Positions 49,101 to 62,554 of a stretch of 64,000 nucleotides of DNA are shown in pieces. The notes under the pieces are model-generated. The model did not search any database and had not been told where the DNA came from. It saw only the letters and a program-made list of their open reading frames with translations. How positions within the stretch are numbered: position 1 is the stretch's first letter; each line of letters opens with the position of its first letter. Both the position numbers and the translations under genes were made by a program. Source of the stretch: Eremomyces bilateralis CBS 781.70 (taxonomy: Eukaryota); NCBI GenBank assembly GCA_010015585.1, contig ML975167.1. One strand, written 5' to 3'.

Positions 49101-50916
49101 GACTTCGAACCACGCTACTTGCCTGCATTTCCGGAAGACCTTCCGGTCGGGATATGAGTCGCGACAGTTATCAATCCCCACTCACCCAGTCTTTCGATAG
49201 CCCTACGGCCTACACGAAGTTAGCGACGGTATCTCCCCCCATGCCATGTGCCCATGTCGTGATGTACGAGCCCTGTAGTAACTAGTAACTATGAATCCGA
49301 GCCTCGAGGATCCTCTCAGCCCAGGGAGCCTGGTCTACAGGCTGGTAAGGTAGCCAGTCTATTCCGTGCCCAGTGCTCGCTCACCTTGTATTTTGAACGG
49401 TAAATACGGTAATGAGAGGGCAGAAATTCAGAAGATCGTACGGGATACGACCCACTCCTGGAGTGTCCCGGCGACGCTACGTTTACTGAGCATGCTCTGT
49501 TGCTCTATCATCGTTGCCCGCCAGTCCATTTGTATCAACTTGGCTGCTCTTGCTGGCCTTCGCATTTGCTCTATCGTTTCTCCTTCTTCTCCCTCAGACC
49601 CTCTTCTCCCCCAGGAAGACAAAAGCAGACCGTCTGACTCGGAACTGGCCGCCAAAATCCCCGCTCCCCGATCTATTTCCTACGTTGTGTTTTCCTGTTG
49701 CACACACCTCAATACTTATACAGCACACCCTCGCACACAGTCATCTGGAACACATTTGGTGGGGACACATAGTGGTTCCAGGCGCCGCCAAATTGCATCA
49801 CGACGAAACCTGGCTATCCGGATCGTCACGCCCGAGGGATGGGCTGAGGAATGGCCCAACTTGCCCCGCGATTCCTTGAACACACCCCCAGCCTTAGGGA
49901 TTAATATCCCGTCCAGAAGCGACACCAAGGAGGAGGCAACGAGCCGTCGAACCAGGAGCCTTGACTCTAGTTTCGTTAGTGTCGCAACTCGAAAGCCTTG
50001 CTATTAATCTGGGCTCTTCACTCTACCTTACTGGGTCGTCCTCAGGTCCTCTCGTGATCAGTGGCCTCCTCATTCTTCCCTCCTCTTATTCCGCACACGG
50101 AGAGCACTAACGTGAACCCTGCCGGTGTGGTCCCCAGTCTCCCCTGTGGCCCCCGTCATTTCTTACATACCCGCCGCCCCTCCGCCGGTCCGCCTGGTCA
50201 AGCACCGTACTCCAAACTCCACGCCTCGGCGAACAGGCTGCACAACCAATAACTGGTTCAGTACTGGAGCCGATTCCAGTTCTTGGCTTCTTGCACACTT
50301 GCACAACCGTGGTCGGTGGTCTTCACTATCGCTCCTAACTCTTAAGCTCTTGGACGTGGCTCAGCCCTGTCCCCAGTTTATTTCGTTCTCAGCTACACCC
50401 GTCTCGAATCATAGGGCTGAACTCAATATTCGCCTGACGCCCACTCCCTCCCTTCCCCCCCATCCACACTCTCATTCATTCTCCGCGCTAATAACATTCG
50501 TTATTGACACTTATTGTCCTCCCTTCCCCCCCTCCCCCTAGTTCCATTCAGATCTTCATATCTGCAGCTTTGCACGACCTCGACGCCGCCGCCCGTGGCA
50601 CTGCAATATCCCGTCGTCCGTTGCGCCATCACACTACCTATTACTCCTCTTCTTCCGCTTTCCCCGTCCCCTCCGTACCTCCGTCCTCCCCTGTCTCTAG
50701 GGCTTACGCTGTCCACTGGTTTTCGTCTCATCTGCATTAATTATTTCCGCCCGCGCCGCTGTCCTCCTCTGGCTGTTCCTCCCTCCAATTGTTTCCAAAA
50801 TAAACCTTCGTCCCTGCCGCTGGCCCCCTCTTCCCGCGCCATCTCATCGAGTGGCGTTCACCGGACGCAAGGCGACGTAACTGTTCAGCCGGTGGCAATC
50901 GTTCTTCTGTGCAACC

Positions 50917-53046
50917 ATGTCGTCCTCTCCTCCTTCAATCAGACTATATGATCCAGGAACACACCATGCTGGTGTCCACTCGATACCTCGCCGCACCTCC
51001 GCCATGGCCATACCCAATGCCTTTCAGCCGCCTCCCCCTCCATTACCACCGCCGAGATTCGTGCCACAATTGCAACACATCCACATCCCCGATCCTCACC
51101 GCGTCACCGACTTCGGGAGCGACGGTTCGCCGTCCGTCAAGGCCGGCTCGAGTCTTCTAGGGGGATTCCAATTCAGTCGCAATGACCGATGCGGCTCAAT
51201 TAAAGGCCATGACTTGGACGACAGTCCATCCACCGCTCCCGGCGCTTCGGATCGCGACATGGCCGCCGACAAAATGAGCGAGAGCGAAGGGAGCTTGCCG
51301 AATCCTGATCGACCAAGGATGGCTAGCTACAGGTTCGTGTCCTCGCCTATTCCCCTCGTGCGACGTGAGCAGAGACTGACATTGATTATGAATAGCCTAC
51401 AGAGCGAACAGCAACTTGGTCGGCAAGCCGTCGCCAACTCCTCTCAGAACTACGATCGACATTTGCTATCGAAAATCGGCAATCCAAATACACCCTCGAG
51501 AAACGCCGCTCCTCCATTGTTCGGGTCGAACACCTCTCCGCACAATGTCTTGGACCTCAAACCTCTCGCCCTCCCAGAACGCCGGCACAGTGCAGTCGAT
51601 TCACCCCTCAGTCGGTGGCCAAGCGCGCCGTCATCGGGAATATCGCCGGGCACCACGAGCTTCAGGAGCCCGCTTTCGGAACATGCGCCGGACGGCATAC
51701 TATCCGGTCGCCACCACAGCTTCTCTGTCGCTCCCGACGCGATGGACGACGTTCAATCATCAGATTCGAGATCACACCGCGGTGCGGATGACCACCACCA
51801 TAGCATCTTCATGGATCAGGATATGGAGGATGGCGGAATGCAAGATCTCAACCTCCACGATCGAAGTCCATCCAGCTCCGAAGAGTCGCAGACGGTTGGA
51901 AAATGCGGTGTGAAACGTCGTGCTGATGGGCCTCCCGGTGAAAGCAGTCGGGACGACAAAATACCGATGAGTGCAAGCGAATTGTTCTCGAGACGACCCT
52001 CGCAGCTGTCGGGACTACGGGCATCACCCTACTCAAGGATCCATGTCGGCTCGGGCTCCATCTCGTCCGGAACGTCGTCCGTGGGTCAAAGAATAGGATC
52101 GTACGGATCTTCATGGGGACTGTCCGTTGCCAGCAGCGTGACGAGTTACGGCGGCAACGACCAGAAACTATCTCCCAGCGCGTTGTCACCATCCGGAGAG
52201 GGGGAATTGGGGGTCGGATCTCCGTTCTCGAGGAACAAGTCTGCAAACACTAGTCCTCGAGGTTCACTTTCGCAAGGCCATCAACGACATCCGTCCGAAA
52301 GCGAGGCTCCTCGTAGTCGCAAACATTCCGCGGATCAAACCAACGCTCAACGGAGAGACAGCGCCACGAAGAATCAAGGGCAGTTTATATGCGAGTGTTG
52401 CCCCAAGAAGCCGAAGAAATTTGACAGTCAAGAAGAACTACAGTACGTTTACCGAGAACCTTGATTTCACCTTATCGTGTGACTTGGCGGCAATATTCTC
52501 TGACCATGCTAACCCTTCCTCAGAGTGCATGCACTTGAAAAGCAGTATCAGTGTCAATACTGCCCTAATCGATTCAAAAACAAAAACGAGGCCGAGCGCC
52601 ACCAGAACTCCCTCCATCTGCGCCGCCATTCCTGGTCCTGCGCCGCCCTCGCCGGAGTGCACGCCGCCTTCCACGTCTCAAGCGCGAACCCCTCCGCTGC
52701 CGACGTGTGCGGCTACTGCGGCGAGGAGTTCCCTCACCCAATCAACTGGGACGCACGCCGCGAGCACCTGCACCACGTGCATAAATTCGGCGACTGCAAC
52801 CAGGCGAAGAAGTTTTTCCGGGCGGACCATTTCCGGCAGCATCTGAAGCACAGCCACGCGGGGACGAGCGGGAAGTGGACGAACATGCTGGAGAACTCGT
52901 GCATGAAGGACGAGCCGCCCCCAATCCCCACGACCAGCGTGATGAAGGAGCGGAACGCAAGTATCGCAGGGGGGTCGCCAGGGAGCGTATCGATGAACGG
53001 GTCATCGGTGCCAAGCGTCATCGACGAGGCGATGGATGAGTCATGA
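50917..53046 (+). CDS. C2H2 zinc-finger transcription factor
   Basis: ICECCPKKPKKF, YQCQYCPNRFKNKNEAERHQNSLH, CGYCGEEF...HLHHVHKF and FFRADHFRQHLKHSH. Introns at 51333-51395 and 52443-52523. Confidence 0.92.
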
Positions 53047-55324
53047 TCTGATGCGGATTTTAGGGGCGTATTATCACTATGCATGGGACAGGGGCGGAGT
53101 AACTCGGAGGCTTGCATATTTGAGATATATCCTATCTTTGTGCATCACGGAGCATGGCGTGAGCGTTGGCAAGGAGCATTGGCATGGCGGGTTCAAAATT
53201 CAAACTACCCGGAGCGGCGGTTGGGCTATTCTTTCAATCTGATCCATTGTCACGTCCGAAAGCAAACACCTTTCTACGCAGTGCCACGGACCCCGTTCGC
53301 CTGCAACTGCTGCTGTCCTCCCTCAGTGGGTGAGCGAATGCGAATCAGCGAAGACACACCGACCGATGGAGTATCGGTGTCCGGGATCGGGTCATTTCCC
53401 CTCTTCTCGGAGATTATCGGGGATTTATGAAACTGTACGAGGACAATGGTCAACGCAAAGGCATTGTGTATATGAAGGGTTCTATAGGCAAGGCAATCTC
53501 TCCTGTACATATCAACGTTAGTCAAAACTAGGGCTGGTCAATACCTGGTATACACTGATTTCAGCATCATGAACCCTATTTCTATTACTTTTTGATTCAC
53601 ATGACGTATCTCCGTCCAACAACAGGCGCCTTCTTCGCCGCAACTGGTCCACCACGAAGGGTCAAAGCTCAACCTCCATAAGGCGCCCCTTAGTCATCTG
53701 GCGGCACGGAACGTGGGTGGGTTGCTGTACTGACGCAAGTAGGTTTAGCATCGGGGCCATGATGAAAGGTGAGATTCTCTCAGGGTTTGCCCTTGTCCAT
53801 GTGCATCAGTGGAGGCCCCTTCAGAAAAGGCGTATAGAGAGTGCCCGTGTCGCTGGCTGTGAGGCGGTTTAGTGCTGACAGGGCTTGGGCGGGATACGGA
53901 TAGTCAGCAGGTGGTAGTTCGTGTGGCGCGGGTGCACATATCAGAATTCTAAATACGGTGTCGGATACAGCATCTAGATAGCCTGGCAGCAGTGAGTCGA
54001 CTACTCGCGAAGCTACATCTGAATTTTAATCGACCATTTGCTTGATCGAGTTGGATTGGACTGACGTCTGACATGACTGGGGAGGTAGTGCGACGGTCCG
54101 TCCGGTCACCACGGAGCCAAGCAACGCGCCAAATATTATCTCATGCTGACAAGCGGAACCAGCAGGGCAATCCGACCCGCCCTGGCGGAACACACTCAGA
54201 TCAGATTCCTCTTTCCACCCTTATTATAACATCATCACGAGGATCATGGACCGTGTCTGGCTGGGCAAAAGTCTACGAAAAGTTCCCGAGCGCCCACGAT
54301 GGTCGAGAACTCGTCGACTGTTACCCGCGATGGGAGATAGGGTGCTGACAACACGTGTCCTAGCCCGGAAACGGTTAGCTTCAGAACACATGATGGCGTC
54401 GTCGCGAGTATCGTGGAATGCTGGGTGCATGACTGAGGCTTGCCGACTTTCTATCCCATCCTGGGGCCCTGGTGCCCCCAGAATCCCAGTTGTCAAGTCG
54501 AACCGAGACCAGGGCGTCTAGAGGGTCATATTGGCAGCGGTGGATACGGACGAGGGTAGATATGCTCGCTCATCATCGCTTCCCACCCCACATGGGCCAA
54601 AACGACTCATAGAGCCTACGGACGACACTCCGTCATGATGCTTGTCGTCATAGCCGATGAGGGACACCGACTCCATGCAAGTTGCAACCAGTCCAAGACA
54701 TGGAGCGGATATCGCGCCAAAGGAGGACATCTGATGGTGATCTTAATCGCTTAGGGAGGGAGGAGGGTTCGTCATAACCGTGGGATGATTGATAATGGCA
54801 TTCCAACCCTATGCAATGCGCTCTTGCCCGGAAAGGTTCGAGGTGTCGACGACACCGTAATGGTGGGTTAACGCGGCTGCTTGACCAGGGTGCGGTTAAG
54901 TGAAGCGATCTGCACCCTATTATCGAGGTTGGGAAGGTTTAATAAGATACAGCCAAGGCTTTGACATCGTGTCCATGTTGAAAACGTGCAGTTATACGCG
55001 ACACCGGCGGTGAATATCGGCAAGGATATCGAATGACGGAAATCCAGTGTGTCGCGAACAGGCTCTTATAACAGACCATCCAGTGCCCCAGAAAGTCATA
55101 GAGAGGCGCCCCTTGCCACAACTGGTGGTGTCCTTTTGTCGAAGTAGCGGATCATGCCAACGTGACATCCCACGCAGGACTCTTCAGTATATGCGGTTCG
55201 ATTGGATCGGATCACCAATCTTTACATTCCTGAAACGATAGGGGATGACAGCAAAGCGAATGGATCGATGTCTAAAAGCTGTAGTCGTTGATGATACTCT
55301 ACGGTCTTGGGGTGACGTTTGGGG

Positions 55325-56068
55325 TTAGAGGTCGTTAGGTGGGACGGATGGGAAGGACGACGGATTCTTCAATCGTTCTGCATTCTTTCGTGCCATCTCA
55401 GCATTGCGAATGCGGTCGACACGCATCCTATAGAAATTCCTAGACCGGTATTAGCATATACAGCAGAGAGCTGGATATCCGAGCCCAATATACTCAGAGA
55501 GGAAGTTTCGTACTTCTGTAACGTGAAAATCCTTGGACCTTCGGTGGAGGATTTCTGTTTTTCCTCTTCGGACAGTTCCTTGATCTACGACTGTTAGCTA
55601 TATTCGAGCAATGGATATCAACACATAAGTACTTTCTCATCCCGCTCCTTCTCATCCTTCTTCTCCTCTTCCTCCTCTGCCTTGGAGTTCTTGCCGTCGG
55701 ACTTCTTCGAGTCTTTTTTCTTGGACTTCTCCTTTCTCTTCTTTTGTCGCTCTTCGTACTCGGCTTTCACCTTTGCGATCTCTTTCTCCAGCTCTTCCTT
55801 TTTGCGCTTCTCCTCGGCCGCGGCAGCGGCCGCCGTCGCCTCTGTGGCATCCGGCACGGAAAAATTTCGATCCTGGAGATGCCCGGGACAGATGTAGAAG
55901 TAATCCTTTATGCACTCAGAACCTAATCAAGGCAAATTTGACCGAGAAGGTTACCTTGCTGTCGGGTGTGATAAGCACACTGCTTGATGGTTTATAGCAT
56001 ATCCAACATGCCTTTGCGGCGCTATCGGCCACACGTCGGTGATGCCACAGGTTCGGTAGAGCTGCCAT
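55325..56068 (-). CDS. VFA1: Vps4-associated protein 1 (DUF1742), 4 exons
   Basis: Spliced product reads PNLWHHRRVA...[35 protein letters not shown], a Lys/Glu-rich coil, PRIFTLQK-NFYRMRVDR and FPSVP. Confidence 0.85.
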
Positions 56069-56457
56069 CGAATGCGACGATTCAGTGATTTACCCTGGTT
56101 TATATAGAGAGAAAATAATTAGAGAGCTAAGCAGCAGTTGTCCTGTGTTTTGAAGTAGTAATCACAATGTCCTTTCCTGTTGCTATCGAGCAGTGAGGAG
56201 TTGATGTCGAACTGTGGCTCAAGTGCCACCAGCCACACCCGATCTGCCTAGTAACACCACCTGCAACATCCCTGCTACTTAGCTCTTCACCTTCTGGAGT
56301 TTGGACAACACATTTACACCTCCGATCATTGATCAGTCCTGACTCCAAACCCGGAGCTTTCAAGCTTCCAAATTCTCATTGTGTAACCACCGGCATCTCT
56401 ATCAAATCCATCGCCGGTTCCTCCACGCGTCTCACCACAGTTGGCGCCAGTCCCACG

Positions 56458-59400
56458 ATGTTTTCTCCGGATACCGGTCATCGCACCGCGTCCTTTACGC
56501 GATCCTCCCGACGCAGACAGCGGACCGACTCCGATGGAGCTTTCCAATCGTTGCGCAAGCGCACCAAGGTCGCCGAACACACCGACGTGCACTCTCCTGT
56601 GGACGACGATAACGGTGCCGACGACTCTCACGACGTCCCGGTTGCGTCGATCGAGCGGCAACAGGTTCCAATGGCGCGGCCAATGCCAGTGCGCGAAAAG
56701 CCAAGTTCGATCCCGCTGAGGTCTTTGAAAGGCGACACGGGATCATATCTTGTATGCATCTGCCATGGGATCTATCCTTCCGGGCTTACTGACGGTGCAT
56801 ATAGACAAAGACGGCATATTACTCGGTGAAAAAGCTTCCGGCCTTTCCTGACCAGCTGCGGGATGCACTGGGTATGAAGCCTCCCAAAGTCTCATTTTTT
56901 GCCAGTACTGATGGCCGGCACTAGATATCGATGCGAAGTTCGTCCCATCGTCGCAGTATGTCCTGGCGACAACTCCGGATACGGCATACGTATGGGACTA
57001 CAACTCCGGACCTGCGAACCTGTCGCTGAAAGTCCTCCCGATCCCCAATTCCATGAAAGCGTACCAACTGCCTCCGCTCGGCCATATCATTGGCAGTAAG
57101 ACAACAGAGGACCTTGGTCTAGTTCTTGTCGCTCCGAAGTCGGGAAAGATCATGTTCTGGGAGAACATCGACACGCTGGAGTCCCAACCCCTCTTTCAAC
57201 AACGAAGACACGGTCTGGAAGGCATGGTCGGGAGCATGGCCACGGGCGAGAGAGCGGTCGAACTCATCGATGCGAAGCATGCCGGGATACTACTGCGTTT
57301 TAACACGGGCCGAATCGCACAGCTCCTCCTTCGAGATGGGCAAGGACGACCCAAAATTACCGTTCGACCCTTGTATGCCAGTGGTGCAGGCGATGGAGGA
57401 TGGGTATCGGGCTTCATGAACACTTTTACCGCCTCTAGCTACCAGGCTATCGCGGCGAAGAGAGTCATTTCGACCAAGGGTCATGCTGAGGTGTACGCTT
57501 GCAACAAAGACGGGAAGTTCTACTTCTGGGACATCGATTGGACGGGCCAGCATCTTTTCAAATCCGCCATTGAGACAAAAGCCGAGATCCAAGCTGGTCT
57601 GATTGCTGGGTTCGATGCGCCCCCGGGCATGTTCAGTGCCTTGGAGATCGTAGACTTTGCGATCCTCAATTCCCCAATGTCGGAGAAATCTGCGCTTGCA
57701 CGGCCGGAGGAGAGCGAGCCGGCTACTCATGTGCTGACTCTTGTGCGGTCGCAGTCAGAAAGTGTCACCTGGTTTTATTTGGTCGAACTCATGCTCGAGA
57801 GAGACGCCGCCAGCACTCGGCGCATTATCCAGGTTCAATTCAACCCCCAAGCCCCCGAACAAAAAGGATGGCCGCCGAAATTGCTCGTACCGGAGCCGCA
57901 GCATACAGCGTTCATCGTCTATCAAACCGGCGTGTCGATCATCTCCATCATCAGTTCCGAAAACTCTCCTGAGAATCAGCTGCTCGCGAACGGTTCGACA
58001 TCTCGCGACCTCTTTCAAGACGTTCTCCGTTTTAAACTTACCGACGCCCACTGTTTTTTCGCGTCCGAAATAGAACCCCCGGGTACGAAAACTCGGAACT
58101 CGACATGCCTGCTGATGTCCCGAGGCGCGGGAATCATTCGTTGCACTGCCAACGACCCCGAAAAGACCGATGAACCCATGAACGTGCACACATTGTCTCC
58201 GAAAGGGAGGATCGAGCAAGCCGTCTTTTTTGGAGGCATGTCGGATAATCCCATCAACTTCAACAACCCGAACCCCTTCCCCCAAATCTATCATCCTTCC
58301 GAGGTCGAGGGTGCGGCCATCACCATCAGCCACGAGATTCTCTCGTCCACGACTCCGTATATGGAGCGCCAGACCGGCGCGATGGAGATCTTCCTGGCCA
58401 AACGCGCCAAGGCGCTTCGCGATCTGATCGAGTATACCAAGCGTCTGGTCCCGAACCTCTCGACAATCACGAAGTGGCAGCTGCTCTGGAACGCGGAAAA
58501 GCTCGCGTCGGCCCAGGCGCTCTGGGCGAAGCATGAGGCGCGGAAGGCGACGATGGATAATCCGACGGGGACGCTCCTGCAGAGCGTGGCCGAAGACCTG
58601 CTGAAAGAATACCACGAGGAATACGCCGGACTTGAGGACGCGGGCACGGTGACGGACCCGGTGTCCAGCTGGTTCACGCGCGACCTCTGGCGGCAAGAAC
58701 GGCTGTTCACCAGCTCCCTGCAAGGGCTCGTGAATATTCTGCACAATTACGAGCGGGAGATCGTGCACAAACTCAAGATGGAGCTGATGGAGGAGGCCGA
58801 CGAGATCCATTGGACGCTGCTCGAGACCGCCATGCAGTTTCGGACCGACCATGCCGCGATGTATGGCATCGACGATGAGACTATCGAGGATGGCGTCCTT
58901 ACGACGGGCTACGAAGGCCTGCCGAGGTTCTGGACCTCGACGCAGAATAGCGTCACCAGCATTCGACATTTGGTCCGATTGAACAATGGCATGGCGAAAG
59001 CCGCCACGGAGGTGGTGGTGCGCGGCGAGGGAGACGAATATCGAGAGACAACGGAGACCATGTTGGACGCAGGATATGCGCTGACCCGATATTGCCTCCT
59101 CGTGCACCTGGAGCGGATTCGGTGGTGCCTGGCCCAGGAGGACGAGAAGGTCCGGGCGAGTGGGATCAGTCTACAGCAAGAGTTTGAAAGCAAGATCCGA
59201 GGCCAGTTGATCCAGGAACTGCTGGAGGTTGACGGTGGCGAGGCGGCGTTGGACTACGCGATCGAATTCCGGGACCTCGAATCGCTGGTGGTGGTCATCC
59301 ACTTCAATCTGGAGGACTACCAGTCCATCATTGACGACCCGAAAATGCACCGGCGAGGGAAGTCAGAGGCATCGGAGCACCTCCAATCGCTACGGGACCG

Positions 59401-60688
59401 GGTAAAGAACAAATTCTTCAAGATCTTCGGCAAGCCGTTCTCAGAGGCCTACCTGAATTCCTACGTCGAAGCGGGTCGGTTCTGGGACCTGCTCGAAGAC
59501 GACCTCGTGCCGGATGACATCCGCACCGAGTTCCTCCACTCGAACGAAGCGTTCGCGAAATTAAGCTGGATGCACGATGCGGCGTCAAACGACGGGACGC
59601 GGAACTACAAGGACGCGTGCCAAGCGCTGGCCAAGGCGGCGCTGTCGCAGGAGACGAACGCATGGTGCAAAGACATTCAACTCTGCCTCGCCAAGCTTTC
59701 CCTGAAGGCGCATGAGTCCTCGACGCTGGACGCCACACTCGCGCAGCGGAACGGCGACGTGAAACGCCTCGACGCGGAGATCCAGGCGACGTGGATGCAA
59801 GACGTCCTCTACCACGTCGTGCAAGGCGCAGCGCACGGCGCCCTGGACGCGGAATCGGCGGTCGATCTGGTGATGGGGGAGTTCGGCGCGCGCCACGTGG
59901 CGGGAAAGCCGGCCCTGCATCAGCTGCTGAAGCGCGGGTTCGAGGAGCTGCTGGCGCGGCGGGTGCTCGCGCCGGAAGCGCTGGTCGATGTGCTCACGCT
60001 GATGGACACGCAACCGCGCGAGGACGACGTGAACGGGTTCCTGAACTTCGCGTTTGCGACAGCGCTGCAGGTCGTGCCGGCGGCGGCGGCGGCGCCGGAG
60101 GCGTTGATCGAGCTAATCTGGAAGCGGTGCTATATTCGGGACGATTGGGCAGCGATCAACCGGGCAGCGCTCGCGGGCGAGGGGGACGACGATGAGCTGG
60201 TGCAGGACACGGCGTTGTTCTACCTGTGCCGGGAGATTTTCTCTAGCAGTAGGTTCTAGACTACATTTAAACCCATACGTGCTAACCTGATTATTACAGC
60301 CCTCAAGGACAACCCCTACAAGACACCCGTCCCCCTCGAGAGCGCGCTCCGCTCCGGCTCCCACGAGTCGGACCTCGTCAACCGATTCCACCGCGAAGAC
60401 CTCTGCGCGCCGATCGTGCAGGACAACCGGGTCGACGACGAGCGGCTGCGGGCGCTGATCGACGGCGCGCGGTTGGAGCACTGGCGCGACGTGTGTCTGC
60501 GCGTCGGGGAGCAGGTCGGGCGGCAAGAGACGGAGGCGGAGGAGCGGGGGAAGAAGGGGACGATTGGGGGGATGGAGTGGGCAAGGAGGAGGGGGGCGTT
60601 GGAGGGGTTGGAGGAGAGGTTGAGGAGGGAGAAGAGGGCGGAGCGGTTTCCGAAGGTAAATGGGTCGAGTTCGAGTATGGAGGAGTAA
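56458..60688 (+). CDS. NUP133: Nucleoporin Nup133
   Basis: MFSP...RRRQR start, VKKLPAFP, AYVWDY, GLVLVAPKSGKIMFWENI, RIEQAVFFG...NP, WQLLWNAEK, FWTS, AKLSWMHD, LAKL, LVDVLTLMD and IWKRCYIRDDW. Introns near 56750-56800, 56870-56920 and 60249-60299. Confidence 0.88.
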
Positions 60689-61736
60689 GGGGAGAGAGTT
60701 CCCTGGTCGATCAACATTGAGCGACGATCGATGGTTTACAGCTTTGTTCGGTGAGCGGTGGGCGCGCTTTGCCTTGTAGCGTTTGGGGTAGCGATTCAGC
60801 CAGCGTAGTTTAACGCTGTCGAGGAGCCCGGCAGATCTAGTGCGTGGAGAGGTCAATATTCGAGACAGAACACGTACATGATGTCTGTACAATCTGTATA
60901 TATGCGGATCATGTGACGATTGCTGCCTGTATCGTACCTTCTTCCTCCTGTCCTAAAGTAGATGCCCGTTTACTGTTTAGGCCGCTGAACCAGCACGTGC
61001 AACTGAACACACCACTCTAGTGCAGATAGGTACTAGGTATTCGTCCACGTTGCAATGCAGGTATCTAACAGATTTCGAAGTCCAAACACTATGGAATGGA
61101 TCCCAATTCCCAAGTCACCCCCTGCAGAGTGCAGTTGACGGGATATCAATATCATTAATTACCAACTGCATGTGCATACGTAGTACATCGTCCAAGAGCA
61201 CATGATAGTTGATGCAGCGACATCCAAATTCCAACGCCGACACGGACGCCCGGCCGAGCCTACCGCCATCCAGTCATATCCAGCGACAACCCAACCGCCC
61301 GACGCTGATGCGGTTAGCCTCCGTCGCGACGATTGCGACACGGTCAACGGCCGGCCAATGAATCCGGTGGATCCGGCATTAAAGCGAGCTTCGGCCTTCG
61401 GGGGGGTTCATGCCTCATGCGTTGCATTATGGGCATGGAAGCCGTAGATTGGCGGCAAACGCTCAAACTTCAAATACGATGGGAATGTTTGGAGCGTGGG
61501 AGATCATATGGTAGGATCGTGAGCGAGGAATTTCTTACGTGGAGGGTTTAGGCAAGGGATCAATGGGCGGTCCCTGTTTCCGGATACAGAGCACTGCGTT
61601 CAGGGACCCGGCGGGATCGGTGCCAGCGGCTTCGATTTCGAACCGTCGAGACTCAAACAGAGTGAAAAATGAACCGCCAAATCTAACGCCGTTCGTGCAA
61701 TCAGGGGCGGGAGATTGGCTGTGGGGATGGTGATCT

Positions 61737-61767
61737 AAGGCAACAAGGCAACAAGGCAACAAGGCAA
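61737..61767. repeat. Short tandem repeat (AAGGCAAC) x about 4
   Basis: aaggcaacaaggcaacaaggcaacaaggcaa read directly, upstream of the CK1 gene. Confidence 0.8.
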
Positions 61768-62554
61768 TTACTTCTCTCCAGCTGCATCATCAGCAATCGC
61801 CCCCAGCCTCATCTAGTGATGCAGCAGCCAATTAGATTCCTCGTCTAGACGAACTCTATCACGTTCCTTGTTTCATCCTCCCAAAAACGCCCCAAATCCC
61901 ATTTCCCCAAAAGGCAGCAAGGCCGAATCTTGCGCAATTTGTAGAGGTCAGAACGCCCAGAAGACGCCGGCAGTCTCCTGCACAGCCCACGCACCCCCCC
62001 CAAGCTGTCTCCAACGGGCGGGCAACACACCAACGACACCCAAAGACTCTCTCACGGCTCACGCACTCGTACAGCCTGCAGCGCGGCACCAGCGCACAGG
62101 TGCACAGGCGTCTCCTAATCTCTGCGCTTGGTCCTTGCTGGCTGGCTTTTGCTGCACCCAGTCTGCACTCGACACCCATCCCTCTTTCACCACCACCCAC
62201 GCGCCATCTCTCCCACTCTCCCTCCATCGTCTCCTCCCAATTCCCCGTCCTCCATCGACTTAACTGCACTTTCTCCATCTTCCCCACCTTCCTCTCATCC
62301 CATTCTTCTCCTTACTTGCTGCATGAGTCGCTGTTGTCATCCAGTGACTCTCTCTCCCAACTTCATCACCATTCCGTGACCCCTGTGCCGCCGTCGCTGC
62401 CCTCTCTCCCCCGAGTTCTCGGTGTCCGCCGATCGTGTTGAACCCTCCATTCCCGAACACCCAGAGGGCACGCTCGAAGCCCGGCCGAACATCCATCGCA
62501 GGAGGAAACATACCCACCGACCTGGCTATCTTCGCTCGACGGGATTGACTCACC

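Noticed and set aside
57755..59107. 450-aa antisense ORF within NUP133, plus similar antisense ORFs at 7672-8478, 37694-38230 and 26675-27229
   Set aside because: Shadow ORFs expected from GC-rich codon bias of the sense gene; no recognisable domains.
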